A stretch of 64,000 nt of DNA from Amoeboaphelidium protococcarum X5 (lineage: Eukaryota > Fungi > Aphelidiomycota), in NCBI GenBank assembly GCA_023515725.1, contig JALDTO010000251.1, positions 248,001-312,000 on the forward strand, read 5' to 3'. This document shows positions 1 through 12,910 of the stretch, one piece after another (position 1 is the stretch's first letter; every line of letters starts with the position of its first letter). The notes below the pieces were generated by a model. That model was not told the DNA's origin. It saw only the letters and a list, made by a program, of their open reading frames with translations, and searched no databases. The translations under genes were made by a program, and so were the position numbers.

Positions 1-280
1 TGCCTCCCATGCCAGGCATCCCAGCACCACGGTCACCCATCAGACCGCCGCCGCCACCGGGACCGCCCATACCTCCCATACCGCCTAGAGCTCCGGCACC
101 TTTTCCAGCGCCACCCATTCCGCCTCCTTTAAGACCGCCCGCACCACCTTTGTCTTGTCTTTTAAAGAGGTGGACATCGCGTACTCCGTCATTTAATTAC
201 AGATTTTACACAGGAATACAGTCTGTTGTAATGCTCATCATCATCACAATGATAAGCAGCATCCATTGTTTCATTTACAT
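1..280 (-). CDS. Secreted Gly/Met-rich protein, 5' part (runs off the window start)
   Basis: With TAR=Gln: MQMKQWMLLIIVMMMSITTDCIPVQNLQLNDGVRDVHLFKR-QDKGGAGGLKGGGMGG... Hydrophobic N-terminus, KR site, then Gly-rich tract. An alternative in-frame ATG lies at 325. Confidence 0.65.
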
Positions 281-680
281 CGCGCTCGATACTCTCTGCA
301 TTGTCTTCAATTCAGTCATTCCCATATCAGTTTCAAGTCAGATTAAATACAGTATAACACACAGGATATGAAATGGATAAATGGATAACAAAAAATAGAT
401 AAGTAATAAAAAGCAAAGCTGAGCGATTATGGATGGTCACAAAGCTAGTTTCAATAAGGCAAGTCGATGGGTGACACAACAAGTCATTTCACTAGTCAGA
501 TGTTACACCAGTACACAAACCTTTTTAACGCCAATCAGTGACTCCCAAAATAAAAATACGCCATCAGAGGAGATAGTAAATGCAGCATTATCCATAAAAG
601 TTTATTACACGTACCAAATCAGACTAAGAGTTTATACCAGGTACCAGAATTCTACCATATCATACTATGATCTTTTCTCC

Positions 681-714
681 TCTCTCTCTCTCACACACAC
701 ACACACTCACACAC
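681..714. repeat. (CT)n(CA)n microsatellite
   Basis: tctctctctctcacacacacacacactcacacac. Confidence 0.8.
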
Positions 715-884
715 AGACCCAGCGGGCCTTTCATTTAAAAGGGATGAAACAATCTAGAACAATTTTGACGCGTTTTCACTGAGAGAATCTTACAACGTTT
801 GATCATCAGCTATTGTATTACTGCAAGCTTTAATATTTTTGGCTCCATTAAGCTGCACTCTAGTATTATAAATCGGATAGAGTA

Positions 885-2648
885 ATGTCTTTTAAAAATA
901 AAAAAGTGCTGTCACCGCGTCATTTAGCTTTCAAGTCAATGACCAGATTGAATGAGTATATTAGACAGCGACGTATACCTGAGGCAATTCAGGCAGTGGT
1001 TGGTCCAGATGTCTAGATTCTGTCTGCAGGTGAAAAAAGAGTGGAATTCTACGCTGATAAATGTAATTTCAAATTTCCTAAACATCAAGATTAAGAATAT
1101 TACTCCATCGTCCGCGATAGCCACGATGATGATGATGATGCCGCTGTCGTTCAGTAAAATGGTGTACATGCAGATGGTGGAGAGGCATCACTGGGTGAAA
1201 AGCAGACGCGCACAATTGCTCGATCTGCAGCCAGACGCCCTGAGCCATATAACGTTCTACTCAGAACTCTATCATCACATGGTCTATATAAGGAGTGTTT
1301 TAAGCTGTACAGTGAGATGCTATAGAATCGAGTCAGGCCATCTGGTGAGACTTTTACATCCCTATTCGAAGCATGTAGTCGAAATTTGTCGCATATTCAA
1401 AAGGAGAAAGGTGTTGTACCTAGTGCCATGAGTAATACAGCATACAGAAAGGCTGTGCATTTATTCTCTCACCTGGACTCTTCACCCTCGTCTACTCAAA
1501 GGTCCTCTCAACTTAATCGGTATCATGTTAATGCTTTCCTCAAGTGTGCTGTACGCGTCAGAGATTATCATACCATATTTGATGGTGTGTATAAACGCAT
1601 GAATATTGTTAATAGTTAATAGAGATCGCGTGAGATTTTATCTCTAGTTGATTATCTGGAGACTACTACCAAGTCTGGTAATAATGATGCTGCATAGATT
1701 AAAGAGTAACATGAAGATATAAGAAATCGGCTCTTGCAATCTCTATCAGGCAATTCATTATCCTCCAATACCATATTGTCTGACTGCGATATAGACGATA
1801 AGAATGTAGATTTATTACAAGATGATGATAACGATAAAGGCATCGAAAACTCAGTACAGTCTTCTTAGCTATGTGGAATTAGACCAGATGTAATCACGTA
1901 TTCCATAATCTTAAATGCGTGCTCATTAAGAGGCGGAGATGCGGCTTTCGAAGACGCCAAAGTGTTATGGAAGCACATTCACGCCGATCTGGCACAGAGT
2001 AAAGATCAGACGTTGAAGTTAAGGTTGGATGCTCTCTAGAATTTCAGTCATCAGGGAACTGATCAGAAATCCGAGAAGTAATAGAAAGTTACGCGCAGTC
2101 AAAATAAGAATAACAAGAGCACCGATAGACGGAGAGAGATTGTGTTGGATCAGCAGAAGTACAAAACTTGGCAAGAGATTGAATAGGACAATCAGAATCG
2201 ATTCAGTGACAAGTATCCCATTATTAGTGTGGACTGTGATTTGATTAATTCAATGCTGATGGTGTGCAAGAATGCATAAGCTCTTGGCAACATAACATAC
2301 GGTCTTATGGTGGCATAGTAAGAGTTTGGATAGGCGTTTTAGTGGTAGTAGATTGACCGACAATGTGGAACAAAGTTATCACAATACCTTCCGCGTTAGT
2401 CTGTTGGTAAATAGAGCTCTGATATCAATTAGCAATCTCTTCAAAGTTTATCTATTGCTCCGATATTACCAAATTCCAAGACTCTTATGGTATTACTTTA
2501 AATATTGAAGAAGATCGGCGCAGATGGTCAGGATGTTGCAAAGTTTTATCGTTACATGACTTCTGGTTCTATCAATGTTGTAGTTAAGCCTGACGATGCA
2601 CTAACTCTGTATGCTTAACGCTGTCTTAAATAGGTCAGTGAATAGTGA
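885..2648 (+). CDS. Pentatricopeptide repeat (PPR) protein, probably mitochondrial
   Basis: Continuous frame with TAR=Gln ending at TGA 2646-2648. PPR motifs YNVLLRTLSSHGLYKECFKLYSEMLQNRVRPSGETFTSLFEACS and GIRPDVITYSIILNACS. Start codon uncertain. Confidence 0.8.
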
Positions 2649-2841
2649 TGTGATATACAATAATGTAGTATCTTGTGAGTCCTGTCAGAAATCCTATTTA
2701 CTTGATGCGATATGTTTCTGCATTAGACTGCTTGAAGTGTTATAATGAAAATTATATAGTACAATATAAAAAGAAACAATATCATCAAACTATGAGTGTA
2801 TTTTAATGAAATTTGAACTCACTTCATCATAAATTGCATCA

Positions 2842-4791
2842 TCAAATAGCCATTGGTCCTTGCTGCAAGAAAGGCACAGTATCATCAATTTTAGTCAAAC
2901 CCTTGATGTCTGCCTCTTTTTGTGCTTGACGGTAAGCATCAAGGAAATGATCAGTATCTTTCTTCTCATCTGCAGTCAGTTCACCAGACTTCCACTTGTT
3001 GTATCGGGTGATACCACCTCTGTGATACACGATGAAGCCATAGATTCCTTGGGCTTTCACAGCTTTGCAGAATGCCTGTGCAGCAAGCTTATATCCAGCA
3101 GCATTAGGCTAATTCATGATGTTGATGTCCGACATATCGTATCCAAAATCAGTGAGATGCTTGATGTTCATGCGGAGCGGGCCAATTTCTTGACTCTCTT
3201 GACCAAGTTTGCCAATATCCTTCTGGTTTTGCTCAGTAGGCCAGTTTTTGGTGCAAGTAGTTTCCACAGTAGCACCGCCAATGTAGAAGGTCTTGATTGG
3301 TTCACCTTCACCACATTCAGAAGCCAATCCCTCGAAACTAGCCTTCTTAAACTCTGCAGCACCAGGGACTTGCATAGTACCTCCATTATTCTATTCGGAG
3401 CAACTCTGCTAAGAGTGATCATAATCCCATTCAATAGCTCCACCGTAGGCAGGCGCATTAGGAGTCTTGTTATCAGAAGAGGGCTTTGGAGCGTATGCAG
3501 GAGCATTAGCAGGACCAGGAGAAGGTGAGTCTTGGTTGTAAGCAGGTGCATTCTGCTGTTAATCTGACTTTTTGTCATCTTGGTTGTTATATGCGGGAGC
3601 ATTGGCCTGTTACTTGTCATCCTTCTTATATGCAGGAGCATTTTATTGAGCAGGAGAGTCCTACTTATAAGCAGGAGCATTGGTCTTTCCAGCGTCAGGA
3701 GAAGTGTTATTTCCATATGCAGGGGCATTAGCCTTGCCAGCGTCAGGAGATGGGCTACTTCCATATGCAGGAGCATTGGTCTTGCCAGCGTCAGGAGATG
3801 GGCTCTAACCATAAGCAGGGGCATTAGCCGGTGGTGTACCAGCAGAACCAGGCTTCTGAGCAGGGATGTTAACTGGAGCAGTGTTATTATTAACAGCCAC
3901 AGGAGCAGTCATATTCTTACTAACAGTCTGGTTATAGGCCGGAGCTGCAGTAACATTACCACTCTTACCAGCACCGGCTTGAGTAGAAGGACATGGAGCA
4001 TCACCGGACGGCGAAGGGACAGGTGATGGAGAAGGAGAGGGACTCGCTTTAGATGGACTAGGACTAGGACCGCTTTTAGGCGAAGGAGAGTCGGTAGGAC
4101 AAGGAGCAGCTGGACTTGCCTTAGGTGATACAGAAGGAGGTGTGGAAGGAGAAGGAGAAGCCGGCTTAGGTTGAGGGACTGGAGCAGGTGCAGGAGATGG
4201 TTGAGGCTAAGCCATAGGTGCTGGTACAGGAGCAGTATTACTATTGCTAACAGGCACCGGAGTAGGTGCACCAGAGTCTGGACAAGGCGCTTTAGGAGCA
4301 GGTGCCGATGATGGAGAAGATGACGGCACAGGTGCAGGAGACGGATTAGTGGCTGGAGCACCAGGAGCACCATAACCAGCAGGGGCCGCAGGAGATTGTG
4401 ATGGCTGTGGTGCAGGTGAAGGAATAGCTGCCGGAGCTCCATAGCCAGGAGCAGCAGATGGGGAAGTAGAAGGCACTGGCATTGGTGCCGATGGCTAATT
4501 GACGCAATTACCATCACACGCAGACTGATGCGCCTTTGCAGGACTCGAGACTGGAACATACACCTTACATGGTGGTTTATCCGGACGATTACTAGCATCC
4601 ATCAGGGAAGAGGAAGGACGCGGTCTGCACTTCATAGGAGGCAACTGGGGAGTACCTTGAGCAGGAGCAGCAGCAGGTGCCTTTGAAGACTCTGCGCCAT
4701 AAGTCTACGCGTCAACAGACTGCACAGCAAAGAGAGCAAATGCAATCATGACAAATTTCTTTACACTTACACTAGACTAAACACGATGCAT
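2842..4791 (-). CDS. Secreted protein: signal peptide, Pro/Ala/Ser-rich repeat stalk, C-terminal putative lysozyme-like domain
   Basis: ORF-track pieces 2842-3060, 3109-3375 and 4207-4482 share one frame and join under TAR=Gln. N-terminus MHRVQSSVSVKKFVMIAFALFAVQSVDA; PAYG/PSP repeats; C-terminal ATVET...GPLRMN...YHRGG. Confidence 0.75.
3660..3830 (-). repeat. Coding tandem repeat, ~48 bp unit (YGSSPSPDAGKTNAPA-like)
   Basis: Recurrent gcagg(a/g)gcatt...ccagcgtcaggaga... units on the + strand, about 3.5 copies. Confidence 0.75.
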
Positions 4792-5385
4792 CTTGTGATC
4801 AATAATAGTTAATCTATCTATAAAAATAATATATATAAAGTTAGTGTGTGTTGGATGATACTAATAGCACAAACTATAGATGTGTGAATTTTATATATAT
4901 ATATAATGATTGTTGAAGATGGAAGAAGAAGTACAATCCAGGTGCACACATTACATCAAATGCAGCATTCAGATCCGGTGTGCCTTCATGTAACTTCATG
5001 GCGGTCAGCGGTGCCAATAAGATCTTGCCAGCAAATCAAACCGTTACACAAAATTAGATCACGCACGTTACTATTTAAACGAGAAGTTGCAGTTACAGAC
5101 GATGAGTAGTAAACTCTTTGGTTGAAGATGTGAAATTATTGCAAATCATTGATATAAATTTTTTTTAAAAAATGCAAATCTTACATACAATACATAGATG
5201 ATTCCAATCTTCGTTTTGATCATTAAAATTGTATGCAAAATACCTGTAACAACACTCGTCTCCTCTCGCGTTTCGTTCATTTTTAGTTCCCTTTATACAG
5301 TACAAAGCGAGGTACTTTTCATCTCAGCTGTTATTACCCAATCCACCTCAAGAAATTTTATCTTTTAGTACTATATATACTTGAT

Positions 5386-6402
5386 ATGAAGTTAATATCC
5401 TAAGGAGTCATTCTATTAGTAATCGCTATATTCAGCCAAGTTGTTTATGGTTACACGACTGGGTACAAGGCGAATAAGCTTATTAAAGACTTGAATGCCC
5501 GGATCAAGAGCCAGGGCAAGTACACTTTAAAGGTTAATAGTCATGCGTACGATATGTTCACAGAGTCACCTCGCAATTACTCGCTTATCCTGCTGATTAC
5601 AGCGACTGATCCATAGGTCAAGTGTTAGCCTTGTATTCTATTTGCACCTGAATTTGAACTTGCAGCCAAGAGTTGGTATTTGACTCATAGTAGGGCGTCC
5701 GCTGAGCCCAATCCTCTCTACTTTGGAGTTGTCGATTACTCTTATGCCAAGGAGGTGTTCCAGAAGAACAAGATTGAGACTGTGCCTAGTGTGTAGTATT
5801 TGCCACCAACTGAGGGTGACAACAAGTAGCCGGATGGAGTTGTGCAGTCGTACCAGATTAAATCGTTTGATGCTGAAGACTTTGCCAACTGGGTGGGTCG
5901 TGTATCTAGTCATGGCTTTAAAATCTAAAAACCAGTTGACTATACAATCTATATCGTTGTGCCGGTAGTTATTGTAGCATTGGGTGCTTTTATCAAAGTT
6001 GTTGGTGCTTAGTTATCATCGGCTGCTGCATAAATTCTAACTAACCGTCATATTTACATGTCTGCGTCAATTCTGTTTATAATAAGTATGTGCTCTGGAA
6101 CCATGTGGAATTCTATTCGCGGTGCTCCGTATGCTGGGCGTGGATAGAATGGCTAAATGGAGCTGTTTAATGGTAATTTCTAGGCTCAGTATCAGGTTGA
6201 GAGTCAGATTATAACTTGTTTGTATGCAGCACTCGCCGCCTGTATGGTGATGTTTAGTAAAAGAATCCCGCTGATTAAAGATGCCAGCCAGCAAAGACTA
6301 GCAGTGTACATTCTGCTCGGAGTCTTCTTCTTCTTGTACTCTGCTCTAATGGCAATATTCCGCATGAAGAATGGCGGATATCCTTTCAAATTATTCTTAT
6401 GA
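5386..6402 (+). CDS. OST3: Oligosaccharyltransferase OST3/OST6 (MAGT1/TUSC3) subunit
   Basis: Signal peptide, PRNYS motif, thioredoxin-like KCQPC, SGTMWNSIRGAPY, QAQYQVESQI, C-terminal FRMKNGGYPFKLFL then TGA. One frame under TAR=Gln. Confidence 0.9.
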
Positions 6403-6840
6403 CTATTCTGAATTAAATTTACTAATACCATAATCCGTTATTGATAATTCTTCTTACTGTAGGCATTTTGATCTTACACGGGGTACATCTTGAATGAATC
6501 GTTAACTCGTCTCTACAGTACGTGTGATTTGATTGATTGATAAAGTGGAGTGAGTAACCGGCGGAATGATGACTGATCCTTGTCTGAGTCGCCTTTGACT
6601 CTGGATTTGAATCGACGCGTCGGCTCATCCCTTAATCTCTTTAACTTCTAAGTGAACAGGATCGCCAAGACGCGTGTGAAATTGCTGTAGACTGTTTTGT
6701 TTCTTTGTCTTATTTTACCGAAAAGTCTGCTACTAAACAAATAATTGATAGCTGTAATTTACATTGTCATCTTTTGATATATAAAAGTATCAGTATTTGT
6801 ATTTTGATCCTTAAAGTAGAGTAAAGGGAGAGTAGTAAAT

Positions 6841-8247
6841 ATGACAGAGACCGTGGTGATCGAGGATTATAGATTCCCGGTGGTGAAAGGGAATGAGCAT
6901 AGATTGATTTTGATGTCTGCAGTTGGCGCACTAACAGTACAAGCTTTATTTAGATGGAATTTTGTGTGGTTTGTTCTGTTCTCGTCCTTATTCGTATTCC
7001 TATTCATTTACACATATACCCGTAAACTGCTTGCTGATTATGCTCACGTACACTATGGCGGTTACAAGATTGAGTGGAAGCGGCCAGAGATTTTGATCAA
7101 GATTGTTAATATCACCACGTGGATAGACTGGTTTGATATTCCATCACTTGGTCACTTGCCCGTTCCTTTAAATCTTGTCTACAAACCATTGCCTTGGGAG
7201 AGACGTCCTGATAATAATCGTTTTTAGGCAAGAATTCCTCTGGAGCGGTGGGAGGAGAAGATTCGCTTGATTCTGACTTGTATCGGCGAGATTGATATCT
7301 CCATCAGGATGCCCAAAGCGGGATAGAAACTGATGAAAATATGTGTTTAGGACGTGCGATAACACATGCCTCAAGAGACTGCTTAGATATCTTCAGAGTA
7401 GAGAATTCTATTCCCAGATGGGTATCCTAATTTGATTGAACCTCTGTATAGATGGTGGATGAGAATTGGTGCTTTCGGAGGACACGTGCTGGCTAAGAAT
7501 CTTGGTAGACTGGTTGAAGTGTCTATCAAGAAGGTGGAGATGCACAATCTACCTAATCCGGCTAGTTTAACATTTGTTCTGAATGAAGAAGATCCACAGT
7601 CTGTTAGTCCATTGCATCGCATTCTGAATGAAAGTGCCGAGTCTTTAAAGTAGCCAGAGTACAATACGGTGCGCAACGACAAAGACACACTCACTGTGTT
7701 GATTAATGAAGTTTAATTGGAGTTACCTGTTACGGAAGATTATATGACGGTGAAAGCATACGGTATTTCTGTATATGAAGGTAGAAATTACACTCTACAT
7801 ACGTCCTCTAATGGTAATATGAATAGCAGTGCCGTGGCAGCAGTTGTCAATGGTGCCATACTTTAAATTTCATTGTCTGATTTTGAACGCAAACTTCCGT
7901 TAGAGTATAAGCCGAGTAGACATACTGTGGTCCTGGCCTAGGATAAAGTATTGTCTAGGCGATTGTTGAGTGTCAAGGTTAGCGTGGAGAGTATTCCTCC
8001 GTACTCTGTAAACAGCAAGTACATGGATACACTGATCAGTACTACCAAGACTGTGTTTATCAGAAAGTTTTAGCGCGACTCAGAGTCACAGTCTATCATG
8101 AAATCTAGTATTCCTATAATTGGACGTCTTTGGGAAGGTAGTGGAATGAGTTATCTGACGCGTCATGCTTTATCAGAGACTGTTAGCAGTTTGGCTAAGC
8201 GGAGTGGCCCTGTAAGTGTATCTGGCCACATTAATCTAATGTGGTGA
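6841..8247 (+). CDS. Hypothetical membrane protein (N-terminal hydrophobic helices)
   Basis: ATG 6841 to in-frame TGA 8245-8247 under TAR=Gln. No recognised family. Confidence 0.6.
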
Positions 8248-8406
8248 TTTAACATGACTGGTTAGAGTGCATGTCATTTATCGTCAAGTAACTATGAGTA
8301 GAATTAAAGATATCAATATAGCAACTATATATCTACGTTTACTAACCAATTCAGTATTAATCACTGTTAGCCATAAAGTTTGTAATGTAAGGATTCGTAC
8401 ATCAAT

Positions 8407-9804
8407 TCATAGTACTGTGGCAACAGCTTTCTCCAGCAACTCTAGCATGATCGCATTCAGCACGGCGTCCATCGTCTTGGTGTCCGTGGCATGAGTTTCT
8501 TTAACATAAATCTTTCTCTTCTTGTACTTGTTGGTATCAGAAAAGGCCACCTTGAAAATATACTTTAGGCAATTCAGCGCATCATCACATGAACTAATCT
8601 TATGAATTTTGGCAGCCAGTTGCTCATTGGCAACCTGTGCAATGAACACTTTAAACTTCTCCACATCGAATCTACTCTTGAATAGATCAACCTTGTTTAG
8701 AAATAAAATCACAGGCCTAGTGCTCAGAAAGTCATCATGCATACACTCCTTGAACGTGTTGTACGCGTCCAACATCTAATTAGTGGTCTTATCTTCTAAC
8801 ATCACTTGATCATATGACGATATCGGGGCAACATAGAGCACGAAATCTACTTGATCAAAAAATGATGTCCACTTCTTGCGCAGATGCACCTGCCCGCCAA
8901 CATCAAACACTTTCAAGTCGTGATTTGGGCGTACATTCTAGAACAACACCTCCTGACTGGCGCGGGTGGAGAGACGACAATACAAAACATCCTGATCAGT
9001 GGCAATAAAGTCATCATCCATCACTCTATCCGCATTCTCTATCCAGTACTGAGTGGCATCAGCAAGACCAAGTTCTGAGGATCTCTTCAGCATTTCAGAC
9101 AATTCCGTGCTCAATCTCAACTTCTTTATCAAATTCGTGATATTCTGGTGATACTTTTACTAAAAATCCATTTCACTGTAATGTTGGACATACTCATCAG
9201 CAGCACTCTACACATTGATGATATAATCAGAAAATGGATTGCAACTTGCACTATAGATGTGTATGATAATAACAACAATTTACCTCTAAAAAGTGATCAG
9301 CAAACTTGATCTGAGCATATTTTCGCTTTCTCAAGACGTCGTACACGCAACTTAGCAGATTGTTCTGACAAGACTGACTTTGATGTCTTCTGATATCATC
9401 CAAACCATGTGAAGTGTACTTGATCTTCATCTGTTTTAAAACTGTAGACTTTCCAGCCGCTGAGGGACCTACATATTAATACATAACAGACAGTTGTATA
9501 GTAAGAATCAAAAGTGATAGTGATAATTCCCACCCAACAATAAGATTGACGTTGATCGTCTGTTGATCTCGATGATTGACGTTCTGTCTCGTCTGATCAC
9601 CTTATCGATGCTCTTTGCTCGCTCAGCCCGTCCCTCTGGAGTTACTTCAGATCCAACAGAGTCATATATAAACTGAGATCCACTTAATTGACTCTTTCCT
9701 AGTTCATCTACCTATAATAAAAAGAGTAATCAAGATTTTGTGAACATGAAAATGATAACAGGAATCTTACGCATTGGCTCAGCTCGCATGTCATCTTCGC
9801 TCAT
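8407..9804 (-). CDS. Divergent heterotrimeric G-protein alpha subunit (about 3 introns)
   Basis: LLLG|PSAAGKSTVLKQMKI (P-loop split by an intron at about 9469-9533), CRLST (switch I), DVGGQ, LFLNKVD, THATDT. Start and exon limits approximate. Confidence 0.85.
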
Positions 9805-10202
9805 TTACCGATAATCTCTACCCAATGGTTATCTTGCTAATGGAATTAATTTTCCACCTGATATCCAGCTGTGTGGTATACATTTGCTTATCAATGCCCC
9901 CATTATGTTAAAAAGTTATCAAAGCGATTTTAAATCAGATGTCAAAGTTATACAATAGGCGGGGCTAGACTGAAACAAGTAAAGATCAGCAAACAGTTTG
10001 TTGATCTTTGGTTTTGTTTTGTTATCGCCTAACGGTTTGCGTGTCGACAGCTCTCGTTGACAACAGCAGAGCTGAATGTGATCTACATCAAGTAACATTC
10101 AAATGAACGAGGCTTTTGCCTTTAACATTTTAATAAAAGACCAAATTTTTTAATTTATTTGAAAATAATATAAGAGCGTATTCATAATTTCTACTAATTT
10201 GT

Positions 10203-12545
10203 TCATTGGATCTGTTAGTTACAAATGAATGCCCGGTATCTCTCGTTCTACTACAATGCCATCTTATAAGCATCATCGTCGCCTTGCAAACTGATACCAG
10301 CTAGATTTAGATTTTAAACAGGTAGTAGACTTGATAAAAATGATCCCAGCACAGATGACATTGATAACATAGTCTATGCAAAACTATTTCCTTGAGTATC
10401 ACTCGTCACCTGATCGTCAGAGTGGAATAACAATCTCTTTAACTCATCGTTCATCACATCGCGCTCGTCTACTTCTAAAGATGCAACATACTATGAGAAT
10501 TTTGAAAACTAACGTTGTTGCTAACCAAATGCCTTGTACAGCTCAGGAAGCAATACCTGAGGATATTTGTTGATGACAATACTTCGGTAAATACCAGCAT
10601 AAGGATGGATAGACCATACAGATTCAGCATTTGACGTGTGTAGTATATACTAAGTAGGTGGATACGGATCATTGGATTGAGCCAACTACATTCCCCAATA
10701 GTTTACGCCATGAACATAAATGGAACTATCGATTGAGAGTAACATGGAGTTCCAGCCTTTAGTTTTATTAGTTGGTCTCTGAGAGTCACCCAAGTTACCA
10801 TTCTGTAGAAACTATGGAAAATATTAATGGCTGTACAAAGCAGTAGGAATAGGCGTACTATCAACAAGATCCATCAACACAAGGTGTCTATTTAGACTTA
10901 ACCGATCTTCTAGCGTTATAGTACCATCAGCCAGTTCCAAATCAGAAGCTAAAGACATTAAAGATCTCAGCCATGATAGCGGAGTATCAAAAGACTCACC
11001 ATCAATTGACAGCACTTTGTCAAATGGTCTATTCCACAATGATGACGCGTAATGAACATACAAATCAGCCAGAACATTATGATGATCATCGACTGAGGGC
11101 AACTATTGGCATATTGACATTTCGCTAGGAGACAATCGTAAATTCAACTTGTCAACAATACGAGGAGCAATATATATCCTACCACGCACAGAAGCACCTA
11201 CATTTTTCAACTTGGTCATCAAGGTATCACGCTAAACATTTTTATCCTTCCGGCCAAACTATAAAGTGGATAATTGTGTAAGATGCGACAGAGCAAAGCT
11301 ATACACCAAGTGAGGATACCTTTAAATAATAATTTAGAAGCCTTCCTAATCAGCAGAAAGCGCGTCATACAGTTGGTTCAAGACATCATAATCTTCACAT
11401 CTATAGGCAACAGTATCAATTAAGCATAAAACCGCCAAATCATCTGTTAATTAAATAGACGCAGTCATCTTCAAAGGCATCTAAATGTCCAAGCAATACT
11501 TTAGAATACGCAGCGACTCTTCCAAGTGTCCTTATCGCATCTAAATGTACGCCCTCAAGAATAAAGACTCTAGGTATATTCTACTATGATAATCAAAGAA
11601 AGACAACTTCAATGGGCTACCACCACGCCAAGTCTTGCTCAAGGAAAAGAGACGCTCATACAGGTACACAACTTTGCCCACTTGACGCGTAAGAGAGTCC
11701 AAGTCTATCTATTACTAGACTCCAGAGGACTATCTAGACAGAGCCATGATCATTTTGGAGTGAATAACAAAAGGCTAGAACGCACCTCCTTACTCGGTAA
11801 AGCTCAATTCTTCTATAATCTGAACATTATTCAGCATTAGAGCATGTACGCACAGCTTTGTCACGGATAGAGACTCCTTATGCTTTAGTGGATCTACACT
11901 CAAATAATACACACACCGCTCATCATCAAATTGCAATTCCAGATGCTTTTACAGTACACTCATCACTGGATATCCATTACATTCTGCATTAGACAGAAAT
12001 TGACATTTCTATATCTGCTACTTTCCTGCGCGTTATTTGCCTTGACGATTAGCACTGGACTACTAAGGCTGATGGCTTTTAAATACATTTTACCATTAAG
12101 ACATTGCACCGATATCTTGATCATTAGAGTCCATGCCATTCGCCTACCCTTTAACTGAATGAGATTTAGCAAATTACTCCAAAAGATCCAAATCATTATC
12201 TACTTTTTATTATTACTATTACTGATCTTGACTCTCATTCTTTTGCAACAACTATTGTGGTTAATTCAAACTAAATGACTTTGAATCCTTGGCGTCTTTC
12301 TAGCTTGATTCAATGCTAGAGGCGATAATACTTTCTTTATCATCTTCAGTCAAACTGCTGTCATCCTCATTGTCCATAGTGAGTAAATCGAACGCATTCA
12401 CTGCAGGCGCAACCACAACTTCATCATCACCATCACCATCATCGGTAGGAGAAGAATCAGAACCATCGTAATCAGACTTTGAATGATCAACCAAGTCTTG
12501 TTAATACTTGAGCTTTCTCAACTTTTTCAAGTGCCTTGAAGACAT
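10203..12545 (-). CDS. Ribosome quality control Rqc1/TCF25-like protein
   Basis: MSSRHLKKLR...NAFDLL N-terminus with acidic tract; GHLEESLRILKYCL..DDLAVFMLIDTVAYR; YPHLVYSFAL; LADLYVHYASSLW. Single frame to TGA 10203-10205. Confidence 0.65.
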
Positions 12546-12910
12546 TCTATTAAATTAAGATTACTTAAAAGAACTAGTAAATATCGCGTCTTTTTTGTTA
12601 AAGAAGTTTAAACAGGAAAGAACAAGAGTGAGGAAAGCCCGTAGTTTCAGTTGGATTTGCACTGGAGAAAGGAGAAGAGTTGAAGAACGACGCGTATCTC
12701 GACCGTCGCCAGTACTGAACGAGAAGACACAAAGACAACGTATGAGTGAATGTGCGCGTTCAATTCCTATCGTTTCTTGTTGTTCTTGAACGAGTTCTTT
12801 CTTTCCTTCGACTAATTGAATAAAGTCGGGTCATCCTTTTCATTCATTTATTTATTTAGAAGTTATAGTCTTTATAAATAATAGTAATTAACAGTAGAGA
12901 AGAAGCAGAA

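Noticed and set aside
9-371. + strand poly-Pro ORF in the track
   Set aside because: Antisense shadow of a Gly-rich secreted gene on the - strand.
744-885. Upstream in-frame ATG for the PPR gene, separated by TGA at 780-782 (possible readthrough)
   Set aside because: Context TGA-GAG is not a leaky signal; a downstream ATG or a small intron explains it equally well.
6545-6590. GAGTGAGTAACCG...ATGATGA...CTGA resembling U3 or C/D snoRNA boxes
   Set aside because: C and D boxes are too close together, and there is no U3 box A or recognisable rRNA guide.
6610-6680. ACGCGT (MCB-like) motifs in intergenic DNA
   Set aside because: The hexamer is also frequent inside coding regions and LTRs here; enrichment cannot be shown by eye.
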